This document shows, piece by piece, positions 1-9,800 of a stretch of DNA of 64,000 bases (its first letter is position 1; each line of letters starts with the position of its first letter). Source of the stretch: Erysipelotrichaceae bacterium (GTDB lineage Bacteria > Bacillota_I > Bacilli_A > Erysipelotrichales > Erysipelotrichaceae); contig JAFQZR010000024.1 in the NCBI GenBank assembly GCA_017405785.1, forward strand, positions 14,750 to 78,749, written 5' to 3'. The position numbers and the translations under genes were made by a program. The notes beneath the pieces are model-generated. The model was not told the origin of the DNA. It made no database searches and worked only from the letters and a program-made list of their open reading frames with translations.

Positions 1-292
1 GACGCAATACCGTTACACAGAATGAGTGAATGGTTGAGATGTGGATCTTTCCCGCATCTTCCGGCAGCTGCTCATTGATCCTGCTGCGCATCTCATTGGT
101 AGCCTTGTTGGTGAAAGTGATGGCCAGGATCTTGCGGGCATCAATGCCCCAGTTCTTTATGATATAAACAATGCGCGTGGTTAAAACACGGGTCTTTCCC
201 GAACCCGCGCCAGCTATAATTCTCACATACTGACCGGAGGTTGTTACTGCCTCCAGCTGTTTTTCATTTAATACACTCAGGTAGTTTTCCAT
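1..292 (-). CDS. UvrD/PcrA-family ATP-dependent DNA helicase, N-terminal 97 aa only (gene runs off the left edge)
   Basis: Own minus-strand translation from ATG at 292-290: MENYLSVLNEKQLEAVTTSGQYVRIIAGAGSGKTRVLTTRIVYII...ITFTNKATNEM. Walker A GAGSGKT sits in the usual PcrA/UvrD N-terminal context. Confidence 0.8.
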   Translation of the reverse strand, partial: MENYLSVLNEKQLEAVTTSGQYVRIIAGAGSGKTRVLTTRIVYIIKNWGIDARKILAITFTNKATNEMRSRINEQLPEDAGKIHISTIHSFCVTVLR

Positions 293-337
293 CAAAAAAT
301 CACCACTATTATTATACCTTGAATTTACTTCATATTA

Positions 338-366
338 AAGACAAAACACAGAACTTGAAGTATAAT
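338..366 (+). promoter_or_regulatory. Candidate sigma-A promoter (aaGACA, 17 nt spacer, TATAAT) for the methyltransferase gene
   Basis: TATAAT at 361-366 and aagaca at 338-343. The -10 ends 7 nt before the ATG at 374, and no Shine-Dalgarno lies between them. Confidence 0.4.
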
Positions 367-373
367 ATGGTAT

Positions 374-1243
374 ATGATTTTGTTAGCTGATGGATGGCAG
401 GACTACCGGCTGCTTGATGCCGGTGACAAGGATAAACTGGAACGCTGGGGCAGCGTTGTTTTAGTGCGTCCTGATCCTCAGGCCATCTGGTCCAAGAACA
501 ATGAGAATCTCTGGAAAAAGTATGATGCGGTATATCACCGCTCCAGCAAGGGCGGCGGCAGCTGGGAATTCCGTAAGACCTTACCGGAATACTGGACTGT
601 CAGCTACCGTGATCTGGTCTTCAGAGTATCCCCTACCAACTTCAAGCATACCGGATTATTCCCGGAGCAGGCCGTTAACTGGGACTGGCTAAGGGAAAAG
701 GTCGAAAACTGTGACAGAGAAGTTAAAGCCCTCAATCTTTTTGGCTATACCGGTGCCGCCACCATGGCCTTATCCAAGGCTGGATGCAAGGAAGTAGTTC
801 ATGTTGATGCTGCCAAAGGCATGGTTAACTGGGCCAAGGAGAATATGGTTCTCAATCATCTGGAAGATCATACAATCAGATTCATAGTTGATGATGCCCT
901 GAAATTCGTCCAGCGCGAACAGCGCCGCGGTAATCATTATGACATCATACTGATGGACCCGCCAAGCTACGGACGCGGACCGAACAACGAACTCTGGAAA
1001 ATCGAAGATCAGCTGGAAACACTTATAAGTGAAACAGCGAAGATCCTTTCCGATCAGCCTCTGGCCTTTCTGGTCAACGGCTATACCACAGGCTTTTCGG
1101 CATCAGCGTTAAATAACCTGTTGATAAGACATCTGCTTTCAAGATTCCCACAGGGCAGAGTTGAGACTGTCGAGATCGGCTTACCGATCAGAAACAGCGA
1201 TCTGGTATTGCCTTGCGGCATTTCCGGCAGGTTTGAGCTATGA
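374..1243 (+). CDS. Class I SAM-dependent methyltransferase (RlmI/YwbD-like rRNA methyltransferase family)
   Basis: 289 aa ORF with N-terminus MILLADGWQDYRLLDAGDKDKLERWG. SAM motif I is LFGYTGAAT and motif IV is IILMDPPSYG. Confidence 0.8.
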   Translation: MILLADGWQDYRLLDAGDKDKLERWGSVVLVRPDPQAIWSKNNENLWKKYDAVYHRSSKGGGSWEFRKTLPEYWTVSYRDLVFRVSPTNFKHTGLFPEQAVNWDWLREKVENCDREVKALNLFGYTGAATMALSKAGCKEVVHVDAAKGMVNWAKENMVLNHLEDHTIRFIVDDALKFVQREQRRGNHYDIILMDPPSYGRGPNNELWKIEDQLETLISETAKILSDQPLAFLVNGYTTGFSASALNNLLIRHLLSRFPQGRVETVEIGLPIRNSDLVLPCGISGRFEL

Positions 1244-1923
1244 AGATCATTTATGAAGACAATCACCTGCTGGTGGTTGAAAAGCCGGTAAACATTCCGG
1301 TACAGGCTGACAGCTCCAACGATGAAGATCTGTTATCTCTGCGGAAAGACTATATAAAAAAAGCCTATGACAAACCGGGTAATGTCTACCTGGGTCTCGT
1401 TCACCGTCTGGACAGACCGGTGGGAGGCGTCATGGTTTTTGCCAGGACGTCAAAGGCCGCATCAAGACTGTCAAAAGCCGTTTCAACACGCCAGTTCGGA
1501 AAAACCTACCTGGCAGTAGTCGAAGGAACTCCTGAATCCGATTCAGGAAGTTTTGAAGACTATCTGGTCAAGGACAATGATACCAATACCGTTACAGTCA
1601 CCGATGCTGCCCATGGCAAGCATGCCCTGCTGGACTACCAGCTGTTAGGGCATAAGGACGGACTGTCACTTTTAAGGATCCGGCTGCATACCGGACGCTC
1701 CCATCAGATAAGAGTTCAGACATCATCAAGAGGTCTTCCGATCTGGGGAGATCAGCGCTATAACAGAAACGCCAAGAAGCATCAGCAGATTGCCTTATGG
1801 TCATACCGTCTGGAATTTGACCATCCCGTTACCGGTGTACATCTGATATTTACCTGCGATCCGCCTGACGCTTATCCATACAGCCTGTTTGAAGGAGTTA
1901 ATTATGAGAAGGATACTTTCTAA
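1240..1923 (+). CDS. RluA-family pseudouridine synthase
   Basis: HRLDRPVGG catalytic motif and HTGRSHQIR motif. There is an ATGA start/stop overlap with the upstream gene. Confidence 0.9.
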   Translation: MKIIYEDNHLLVVEKPVNIPVQADSSNDEDLLSLRKDYIKKAYDKPGNVYLGLVHRLDRPVGGVMVFARTSKAASRLSKAVSTRQFGKTYLAVVEGTPESDSGSFEDYLVKDNDTNTVTVTDAAHGKHALLDYQLLGHKDGLSLLRIRLHTGRSHQIRVQTSSRGLPIWGDQRYNRNAKKHQQIALWSYRLEFDHPVTGVHLIFTCDPPDAYPYSLFEGVNYEKDTF

Positions 1924-3271
1924 GATACTGATAATACTGATACTCGCCGGAATGCTGGGCGGAGGTGTATATTACATGTTCTTCATGGACAAGCCTCTGA
2001 GAGATTTGGGATATACAGCTGCAGAAATCGAGAAGCTGCGTGCCCACAAGATCACGGATAAGGTAACGATCTACAATCCAGGACTGATTGCCGCTCTGGA
2101 TTCCGAAGACTTCATTGAAGAAAACATGGAATACTACATCAGCATCAAGGCCAATACCGATGTCACCAAGGACATCAATGACCTGGCTAAAAAGTACACC
2201 ATTGAAGAGGTCAAGAGTCTGGCTGATGTACTTAAGCCTTCTGATCTCTATGCCCTGGTATTCCTGGACAAGATAAACGATATAGAACTTTACAAGCAGT
2301 ATTACATCAAGGGTTATGACTATCAGACTTCCGTAACCCTGGCCAATGATCTTAACAGCCAGTATGCCAAGACTCTGATGGATCTGCCTTTACTGGAATA
2401 CAAGGAAGTTATGGCTTATCTGACTTATTCTCAGAAAGGTTTCTCTCCGCAGTTCATTGAGTACTTCTACCGCAACTTTGAACCGGAAGACTTTATCTAC
2501 TTCCGTAACATCAATCATTTCGCGGAACTGGAAGGTCTGGTCCAGGAAGACGGATTCCGTTTTGAAAGACTGGCCCGCTACATCTGGCACATGAACCGCT
2601 ATCAGACTTCAGCAGCCATCGCTATCGCCAACATCAACGATGATTATGATGTCGATGAAGATGTTGATTATTCAGCATTCTACCATGACACAAAGACCAT
2701 ATCAGTCAGCGATCCGTTCACCGTACTGGTCAACAAGGAAAACAGACTCCCTGCTGACTATGTACCGGAAAACCTGACAGAAATACCTGGTGAATACCGT
2801 GACAGCAATGAACCGCTGGTTCAGGAGGCCTGCGAAGCCTTTACCGCAATGTGCAAAGCCTACATGAAGGAACACTCCACACCGATCATCAGCTACAGCG
2901 GCTATATAAGTTATGACGATCAGAAAGTGCTGTATGAAAACCGTCTGGCCCAGCTGGATGACAATGCCGAAGAACTTGACCGTCTGTTAGGCAAGGAAGG
3001 CTGTGATGAACATCAGACAGGCTTAGCCGTAAACATCACGGAAAAAGGAACCATCGTCTATGACTTCCCGGAAACCGATGCCTGTAAGTGGGTCAAGGAA
3101 AACTGCCGGGAATACGGATTCATTCTCCGTTATCCTAAGGACAAGGATTATCTGACAGGCTACCGGGCCAACGATTATCATTACAGATATGTCGGTACCG
3201 AAGCTGCCAGAGTCATCAAGAAGTTCAACTGGTGCTACGAAGAATACTACTATCTGTTCATTGAGCATTAA
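1904..3271 (+). CDS. Membrane-anchored M15B (VanY-type) D-alanyl-D-alanine carboxypeptidase with a long unassigned N-terminal region
   Basis: N-terminal TM helix (ILSKILIILILAGMLGGGVYYMF). The C-terminus has LVNKENRLPADYVPENL, EHQTGLAVNI and YGFILRYPKDK..YHYRYVG. Start placed at ATG 1904 (GAAGGAG 6 nt upstream) rather than TTG 1889. Confidence 0.8.
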   Translation: MRRILSKILIILILAGMLGGGVYYMFFMDKPLRDLGYTAAEIEKLRAHKITDKVTIYNPGLIAALDSEDFIEENMEYYISIKANTDVTKDINDLAKKYTIEEVKSLADVLKPSDLYALVFLDKINDIELYKQYYIKGYDYQTSVTLANDLNSQYAKTLMDLPLLEYKEVMAYLTYSQKGFSPQFIEYFYRNFEPEDFIYFRNINHFAELEGLVQEDGFRFERLARYIWHMNRYQTSAAIAIANINDDYDVDEDVDYSAFYHDTKTISVSDPFTVLVNKENRLPADYVPENLTEIPGEYRDSNEPLVQEACEAFTAMCKAYMKEHSTPIISYSGYISYDDQKVLYENRLAQLDDNAEELDRLLGKEGCDEHQTGLAVNITEKGTIVYDFPETDACKWVKENCREYGFILRYPKDKDYLTGYRANDYHYRYVGTEAARVIKKFNWCYEEYYYLFIEH

Positions 3272-3280
3272 CAAGTACAG

Positions 3281-3320
3281 AAAAAACGCCATTCTTACAT
3301 ACGTGAATGGCGTTTTATTG
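3281..3320. terminator. Bidirectional intrinsic terminator between convergent genes
   Basis: Perfect 10 bp stem aacgccattc / gaatggcgtt (3285-3314), flanked by an A-run on the left and a T-run on the right. Confidence 0.75.
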
Positions 3321-3324
3321 TGGT

Positions 3325-5202
3325 TTAGTCTAATTCAGCCGTACCCTTGTATAACCGGTAGTAACGGCCTTTCTGAGCCAGCAGCTCCTCGTGGTTACCA
3401 CGTTCAATGATACTGCCGTGCTCCAGAACGATGATCGCATTGGCATTTCTGACTGTTGACAGTCTGTGAGCAATGACGAATACCGTTCTGCCCTGCATCA
3501 GCTTGTCCATGCCTTTTTCGATGATCTTCTCGGTATGAGTGTCGATGGAGCTTGTCGCTTCATCAAGGATCAGTACCGGAGGGTCAGCGACGGTGGCTCT
3601 GGCAATGTTGAGCAGCTGTCTCTGTCCCTGAGACAGGTTGGTACCGTTGCTGATAAGCATGGTGTTATAACCATCAGGCAGTCTGGAAATGAAGCTGTCG
3701 GCATTGGCCAGCTTGGCTGCCGCAATGCATTCTTCGTCAGTGGCATCCAGATTGCCGTATCTGATGTTGTCCATGACGGTTCCGGAGAAAAGGTTGGTAT
3801 CCTGCAGTACGACACCCAGAGACTTTCTTAACGAGCTCTTGGCGATATCCTTGATGTCGATGCCGTCATAGGTAATACAGCCTTCCTGAACGTCGTAGAA
3901 TCTGTTGATCAGGTTGGTGATGGTTGTCTTGCCGGCACCGGTGCTGCCGACCAGAGCAATTTTCTGGCCCGGCTTGGCATACAGTGAAACATCATTGAGA
4001 ACCGTCTTGCCTTCCTCATAGGCAAAGGTGACATTCTTAAGTCTGATATCACCCTTCAGCTCGGTTAAGGAACCGTCCTCAGGATTCTTCCAGGCATATC
4101 TTTCGGTCTTTTCGGAAGTTTCAACCAGCGGTCCCTCTCCTTCCTTAACGTTAACCAGGACGATCTTTCCTTCATCGACTTCCGTCGGTGAGTCAATGAT
4201 GCCGAATACTCTTTCCGCGCCGGCAATTGACATCATCATGCCGTTAAACTGCTGTGACAGACCGGAGATAGGTCCGGCAATCTGTCTGGTATACAGCAGG
4301 AATGAGGCGATGGAACCCAGGGAGATCTCACCGGCAATGCACATTCTGGCACCTAAGACGGCAACGGCAGCATAGCTGATGTATGACAGGTTGACGTTGA
4401 TAGGCATCAGAGACTGGGCAAAGACGTTGGACATGATGGAGGCGTGCATGCATTCATCATTGTATTTCTGGAACTTTCTGACACTCTCGTCTTCATAGCA
4501 GAAGGCCTTAACTTCTTTGGAACCCAGGAACATTTCCTCAACGTAGCCGTTGATGTCGGAAACCGTCTTCTGAACCTTGACGAAATAGCTTCTGCTCTTT
4601 TTGCCGACCAGTACGGAGACCAGCACAACCAGGATCAGTAACGCTACAGCCACCAGAGTAAGCTTAGGTGACAGTGTCAGCATCATGAACATTGAACCTG
4701 ACAGTGAGATCAGAGTGTTGATGGCCTGCGGGAAGGAATCGGCGATCAGCGGACGGATGATGTCAACGTCGCTGGTATAGAAGTTCATCAGTTCGCCATG
4801 AGTATGAGTGTCATAGAACTGGACTGACATTTCCTGCATGTGCTCAAACAGCTGCTTTCTGATGTTGTAAAGCGTACCGGTTGAGATGATACTCATCAGC
4901 TTGCGGTATACATAGCCGACAGTGATACCCAGCAGGTATACGGCAGCCATGAAAATCAGCCTGTAGATGAACTTGGTCATGTCAGGATTACTCTTGCCTA
5001 CTAAAGGCAGAATGTAGTCGTCAATTAACGGGGCAAAGAAGGCACTTGAAGCGACGTTGGTAAGTGCTTCAACGATAATACATACAAATACCAGGATCAG
5101 CTGCCATCTGAAGGAGCTGAGGTAGCTGAAGATTCTGGCTACGGTTGCAGGGATGTTGTCTGCTCTGGAGCGTCTGATCTGACGGTAACGTGGTTCACTC
5201 AT
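3325..5202 (-). CDS. ABC exporter, fused permease/ATPase subunit (heterodimer partner B)
   Basis: 625 aa with an N-terminal 6-TM exporter domain. Walker A GSTGAGKTT, signature LSQGQRQL, Walker B LILDEATSSID. Confidence 0.9.
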   Translation of the reverse strand: MSEPRYRQIRRSRADNIPATVARIFSYLSSFRWQLILVFVCIIVEALTNVASSAFFAPLIDDYILPLVGKSNPDMTKFIYRLIFMAAVYLLGITVGYVYRKLMSIISTGTLYNIRKQLFEHMQEMSVQFYDTHTHGELMNFYTSDVDIIRPLIADSFPQAINTLISLSGSMFMMLTLSPKLTLVAVALLILVVLVSVLVGKKSRSYFVKVQKTVSDINGYVEEMFLGSKEVKAFCYEDESVRKFQKYNDECMHASIMSNVFAQSLMPINVNLSYISYAAVAVLGARMCIAGEISLGSIASFLLYTRQIAGPISGLSQQFNGMMMSIAGAERVFGIIDSPTEVDEGKIVLVNVKEGEGPLVETSEKTERYAWKNPEDGSLTELKGDIRLKNVTFAYEEGKTVLNDVSLYAKPGQKIALVGSTGAGKTTITNLINRFYDVQEGCITYDGIDIKDIAKSSLRKSLGVVLQDTNLFSGTVMDNIRYGNLDATDEECIAAAKLANADSFISRLPDGYNTMLISNGTNLSQGQRQLLNIARATVADPPVLILDEATSSIDTHTEKIIEKGMDKLMQGRTVFVIAHRLSTVRNANAIIVLEHGSIIERGNHEELLAQKGRYYRLYKGTAELD

Positions 5203-6947
5203 TACTGACTCACCCCCTGCATCTGTGTGACATACAGGTCACGGTATTCATCGCTGACTTTCAGCAGCTCTTCATGGGTACCGATGTATTCGATCATTCC
5301 TTCTTTCATGACGATTATCTTATCGGCATCCATTACGGAAGCGACACGCTGCGCGATGATTATTGTCGTCATCCCGGCCAGCCTTTCCTTCAGGGCTTTT
5401 CTGATTCTCTTGTCGGTGTCGGTATCAACCGCACTTGTAGAGTCATCCAGGATGATTATCTTTGGTTTCTTTAGCAGAGCTCTGGCAATGCACAGTCTCT
5501 GTTTCTGGCCGCCGGAAACGTTGACGCCGCCCTGTCCCAGGTCGGTTTCATATCCCTTCGGGAAGGAAGTGATGAAATCGTGAGCCTGAGCACACTTGGC
5601 TGCTTCGACAACGGCTTCATGGCTGGCATTGAGGTCACCCCACTTGAGGTTTTCCTCGATGGTACCGGAGAACAGAACGTTCTTCTGCAGTACCATGGCT
5701 ACGCTCTTTCTGAGATTTTCCAGATTATATTCTCTGACATCATGGCCTCCTACCAGTACCTCACCTTCCGTGACATCGTAGAGTCTCGGCAGTAACTGTA
5801 CCAGCGTGGTCTTGCCGGAACCGGTGGAGCCGATGATACCGATGGTCTCACCGGACCGGATCTTAAGGTCAATGTCGGTCAGAGCATATTTCTGAGCTGT
5901 TTCGGTATATTTGAAGTATACATGTCTGAAATCGATTGATCCGTCTTCAGGCAGCAGATTCGGATCTCTGCCTTCATCGGTGATGTCGATCTCTTCATCA
6001 AGAACCTCATTGGCTCTGTCGACGGCGGCCTGAGCGAAGATGATCTGTCTTAAAGCCATTGACAGCATCATCAATCCAAACAGAATGGATCTCAGATATG
6101 ACAGGAAGCTCATGAATTCGCCTGTCGTCATTTCACCGTCAATGATGTGATTACCGCCAAACCAGGAGACTGCGATCATGCAGCCATACATTACAAGGTT
6201 GAACAGCGGCGAGTTCAGCAGTACCAGTGATTCAGCGAAACGCTGCTGCTTCAGAACATCTGTGGAAGTGCGGTCAAACTTGATCTTCTCAAACTGTTCT
6301 CTGACGAAGGTCTTTACGACTCTGATAGCTACGAAGTTTTCTTCCAGGGAAGCGTTCATCCGGTCGAATTTCCTCATCAGGATCCTGAAGCGCGGATGGG
6401 CATAGTGAGATATCAGATAGAATCCCAATGCCAGAATAGGAAGGGCTACCCGGAAGACTTTGCCGAGGTCAGAGTTGATGGAGAAGACCATGAAAGTAGC
6501 CGTGATCAACTGCATCGGTGATCTTACCAGCATTCTGATGATCGACATGTAAGCCATGCGGAATTCTCTCATGTCCTTGGTCATGCGGGTTACCAGTGAA
6601 GGTACCTCGAACTTATCCATGTTCTTGAAACTGAATCTCTGTGTCTGTTTATAAAGTGCTTCTCTGATGTTGTGGATGAATCCGCTGGAAGCTATGGCAC
6701 ACAGAATACCGGATGCGGCGCCGAAAATCATCGCCAGCACTGACAGAAATACCATTTTACGGCCCAGAGCAGAAATCAGAGCCAGATCAGAACCGTTAGG
6801 ACCATTTATACCTTTGTCAACGATCTCTGTCATGACTTTAGGAATGGACTGTTCCAGAATGACTTCTATGATAACCAGCAAAGGAGCCAGTATTGCTGCC
6901 AGGGTAAACTGTTTTGTATATTTCCTTACTAATCTGAACAAAAACAC
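5202..6947 (-). CDS. ABC exporter, fused permease/ATPase subunit (heterodimer partner A)
   Basis: 581 aa with GSTGSGKTT, VSGGQKQR and IILDDSTSAVD. It overlaps the downstream partner by 1 nt. The start is GTG at 6947 (or TTG at 6941). Confidence 0.9.
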   Translation of the reverse strand: MFLFRLVRKYTKQFTLAAILAPLLVIIEVILEQSIPKVMTEIVDKGINGPNGSDLALISALGRKMVFLSVLAMIFGAASGILCAIASSGFIHNIREALYKQTQRFSFKNMDKFEVPSLVTRMTKDMREFRMAYMSIIRMLVRSPMQLITATFMVFSINSDLGKVFRVALPILALGFYLISHYAHPRFRILMRKFDRMNASLEENFVAIRVVKTFVREQFEKIKFDRTSTDVLKQQRFAESLVLLNSPLFNLVMYGCMIAVSWFGGNHIIDGEMTTGEFMSFLSYLRSILFGLMMLSMALRQIIFAQAAVDRANEVLDEEIDITDEGRDPNLLPEDGSIDFRHVYFKYTETAQKYALTDIDLKIRSGETIGIIGSTGSGKTTLVQLLPRLYDVTEGEVLVGGHDVREYNLENLRKSVAMVLQKNVLFSGTIEENLKWGDLNASHEAVVEAAKCAQAHDFITSFPKGYETDLGQGGVNVSGGQKQRLCIARALLKKPKIIILDDSTSAVDTDTDKRIRKALKERLAGMTTIIIAQRVASVMDADKIIVMKEGMIEYIGTHEELLKVSDEYRDLYVTQMQGVSQ

Positions 6948-6948
6948 T

Positions 6949-6957
6949 CCCCCCCCC
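6949..6957 (-). repeat. Homopolymeric G9 tract (C9 on plus strand) serving as the only SD-like element of the ABC exporter operon
   Basis: The plus strand reads cactCCCCCCCCCttt. The minus strand reads aaaGGGGGGGGGaGTG. Confidence 0.9.
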
Positions 6958-7122
6958 TTTTCAGATGTTACATTACTTAAATTTTAGCCCAAGAAAGGCC
7001 CATTTACAAGCAGAATTGATTAACATGTTAACTTTTTTGAAGAAATGATTACATGATTGAAATAACTGCTTTACAAAGCGTTTATATGGTATATTTAAGA
7101 TATCTTATACGGAGGTCAGCTT

Positions 7123-8589
7123 ATGGAAAACATGAAAAAACTGATACTTCTGCATTCCAACGACATGCACGGAGATTTTCTGGCGGAAGCCAAGGACAAC
7201 AAGGAAGTCGGAGGTGTTTCCCTTCTGTCGGGATATATCAAAAAGCAGAGAGAAGAAAACGAAAATGTGATCTACGCCATTGCCGGAGACATGTTCAGAG
7301 GTTCGGTAATCGACAGCGAATACCGCGGTTTTTCCACGATCGAACTGATGAACTTTCTCAATCCCGATGTTGTAACACTGGGCAACCACGAAGTCGACTA
7401 CGGGCTGACACATCTGTTATTTCTGGAGAAATGTGCCAAATTCCCGATCGTCAATGCCAACATGTACATCAAGACCAACCACACCAGACTGTTTACTCCT
7501 TATACGATTCTCGATGTCAACGGTCTGAAGGTCATGTTCATAGGCATAATCACCGAAGAAGTACTGGCTTCCACCCGTTCGGAAGCCATCGTCGGAACTT
7601 TCGTCGATGTCTGGGAAGCCGCCAGACAGGTCGGTGTCATCATCGACAACTACAAGACCACCAGAATAGACCTGACAGTCTTACTGACACACATCGGCTA
7701 TACCTATGACATTGAACTGGCCAAGGCTCTGGACCCGCAATGGGGTGTTGACATGATCATCGGCGGCCATTCCCATACCTTACTGACCAAACCTAAAGTC
7801 GTAAACAACGTTCCTATCGTTCAGGTCGGTGTCGGAACCGACCAGATCGGACGCTTTGAGATAAACATCGACAACGATGAACATAAGATGGTTGACTACA
7901 CCTGGCAGGTTCTGCCGATCAATTCCGAAACCTGTCCGGTTGACCCGGTACTGGAAGAAGTTCTGCAGAACTACAAACTGGAAACAGACCGCAAGTATGG
8001 AAGAATGCTGACGGTGTTCAAGCGCGAGCTTACCCACCCTGCCCGTAATCAGGAAACTGAACTGGGCAACCTGTTCGCTGACCTGTTACAGGTTGACTCC
8101 AGTTTCGATGTCATGTTCATGGGATCCGGCTCCATCCGCAAGAAGAAACTGGGGCCTATCGTCCGTTATCAGGATCTGCTGGAGATCGTCCCGTTCCAGA
8201 ACTCGGTTTACATGCTGGAAGTCAACGGCCAACAGTTCAGACACATGTGTCATTATTACCTCAAACAGAGTGTCGCTAGCGGCGGTGAATCAGAGTTCTA
8301 TCAGCTTTCAGCCGGCATGAAAGTCGTATACAACTATCTGACTGATACCCTGGAACAGTGCTCACTTAACGGTCAGGAAATTACCGACGACCAATGGCTT
8401 AAGATAGCCGTTCAGAGCTACCATTACAATAACTTCACCGAATTCTTCGATGTTGACCGTCAGGAAGTTGAGAACCATAAGAGAGCCCGCATGGTCATCA
8501 CCAATGACTTCTCAATCTTTGAAGAACTGCTCTCTTCAGCCAATAATCTGGATGCTCAAGTTGAAGGAAGAATCGTAATCATAAAGTAA
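7123..8589 (+). CDS. Bifunctional metallophosphatase / 5'-nucleotidase family protein
   Basis: Calcineurin-like motifs LHSNDMHG, GDMFRG, GNHEVDYG and GGHSH, plus a C-terminal 5'-nucleotidase domain. GGAGG lies 7 nt upstream. No signal peptide is evident. Confidence 0.85.
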   Translation: MENMKKLILLHSNDMHGDFLAEAKDNKEVGGVSLLSGYIKKQREENENVIYAIAGDMFRGSVIDSEYRGFSTIELMNFLNPDVVTLGNHEVDYGLTHLLFLEKCAKFPIVNANMYIKTNHTRLFTPYTILDVNGLKVMFIGIITEEVLASTRSEAIVGTFVDVWEAARQVGVIIDNYKTTRIDLTVLLTHIGYTYDIELAKALDPQWGVDMIIGGHSHTLLTKPKVVNNVPIVQVGVGTDQIGRFEINIDNDEHKMVDYTWQVLPINSETCPVDPVLEEVLQNYKLETDRKYGRMLTVFKRELTHPARNQETELGNLFADLLQVDSSFDVMFMGSGSIRKKKLGPIVRYQDLLEIVPFQNSVYMLEVNGQQFRHMCHYYLKQSVASGGESEFYQLSAGMKVVYNYLTDTLEQCSLNGQEITDDQWLKIAVQSYHYNNFTEFFDVDRQEVENHKRARMVITNDFSIFEELLSSANNLDAQVEGRIVIIK

Positions 8590-8615
8590 AACAAGCTGCC
8601 AAAAGGCAGCTTGTT
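8590..8615. terminator. Intrinsic terminator hairpin between convergent genes
   Basis: Stem aacaagctgcc, loop aaaa, stem ggcagcttgtt: a perfect 11 bp stem. Confidence 0.7.
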
Positions 8616-8637
8616 ATATAATAAAGTGCATTTTATA

Positions 8638-9090
8638 TCAGTTTCCAAAAATTAAAGGATATATCAGTTCAACCAGTCTGTCACTCATGACATACAGCCA
8701 TTTATCCTGCAGTCTCATATAGACCTGTTCAGTCCCGTATAAGTTTTCTACCATATGAAAACTGACAAATGCTCCGTCATCAAAAACGATTTTTCGATCC
8801 ATTGCCAGATCAATCGGTTCCAGCGGATCGCTTGTCATGACAGTATCCTTTATCTCATTTATAACCTCATTTACCAGTATTCTATCATCTGTATGATAAA
8901 CTTCGAGATATTCACCAGTCTTTTGCAGTGTCAGTATGCTGAAACTGTTGCTTTCAAGAGTAAAACTGTTTCGGTCAAATGGAATGACAGAATTATTGGG
9001 GTGAAGGCAGAAATAAAGTGCTGCCATCACGGTTATTCCCATGACTGCCATTAAAAAATATATACCGGATGTCAGTTTATATCTTTTCAT
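8638..9090 (-). CDS. Hypothetical membrane-anchored protein
   Basis: 150 aa ORF with one N-terminal TM helix (IYFLMAVMGITVMAALYF). It is the last gene of a minus-strand operon. No recognisable motif. Confidence 0.6.
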   Translation of the reverse strand: MKRYKLTSGIYFLMAVMGITVMAALYFCLHPNNSVIPFDRNSFTLESNSFSILTLQKTGEYLEVYHTDDRILVNEVINEIKDTVMTSDPLEPIDLAMDRKIVFDDGAFVSFHMVENLYGTEQVYMRLQDKWLYVMSDRLVELIYPLIFGN

Positions 9091-9092
9091 AT

Positions 9093-9800
9093 TTATCCCC
9101 CAATCATGTATTCCTTACTGATCTTCTGTCCTTTCTTGTAGTCAGGACAGAGAATGGATAATTGCCGGTAGAATTCCTTCTGATGGTTTGAAACCCACAG
9201 ATGAGCCAGTTCATGGTAGAAGATGTAGCGTATGGCTTCTCTTGGCATGGCGACACACCACAGGTTCATGACTACCTCTCTTCTTCCCTGTCTTTCATTT
9301 TTTATGCAGCAGCCCCATCTGGACTTATAGAAACGGTACTTTAATACGTAATCCGGTACCGCATATAACAGCTCATAGCGGAACTGATCAATGAAGTTGT
9401 CCAGGATGTCCTGAGCGAACTTGCGGAATGTCCTCTCTCTGGCATCCTTTGATTTACCCTGAATGTACAGGGTATCATTATCCAGCCAGCACTTGCTCTG
9501 ATTATGTTCTATGTTTACCGTGTTGATCGGGTTACCCAGAAGGTAACCTTTTCCGTTGGCTTCGAAGTCAATTACCGCATTCTTCTTTTTGTTGTTTTCA
9601 ATCTTCTTCAGACTGCGCTGCAGAAAAGCCTCATTATCTCTGACAAACCGCAAAATACGGCTTTTCGGCTCAAAAACAGAGGTGGTAATGGATATTTCTC
9701 CGTTTTTTCCCACCTTAAGAGTCGTTCTTTTCGCTGTAAGCCTTCTGGTCAGGGCTATTCTGTAATTTCCGTATTCCAGGTATTCAACATCAGCTGGCAC
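9093..9800 (-). CDS. YgjP/DUF45-type M48-like metal-dependent hydrolase
   Basis: 235 aa with the C-terminal zinc motif YHELAHLWVSNH..EF. It overlaps the upstream ABC-F gene by 11 nt. Confidence 0.8.
   Translation of the reverse strand: MPADVEYLEYGNYRIALTRRLTAKRTTLKVGKNGEISITTSVFEPKSRILRFVRDNEAFLQRSLKKIENNKKKNAVIDFEANGKGYLLGNPINTVNIEHNQSKCWLDNDTLYIQGKSKDARERTFRKFAQDILDNFIDQFRYELLYAVPDYVLKYRFYKSRWGCCIKNERQGRREVVMNLWCVAMPREAIRYIFYHELAHLWVSNHQKEFYRQLSILCPDYKKGQKISKEYMIGG

Noticed and set aside
7053-7709. 218 aa plus-strand ORF overlapping the start of the 5'-nucleotidase gene in another frame
   Set aside because: The product is Arg/His/Gln-rich and low-complexity. The frame beginning at 7123 has clear metallophosphatase motifs and a GGAGG SD, so this is a frame artefact.
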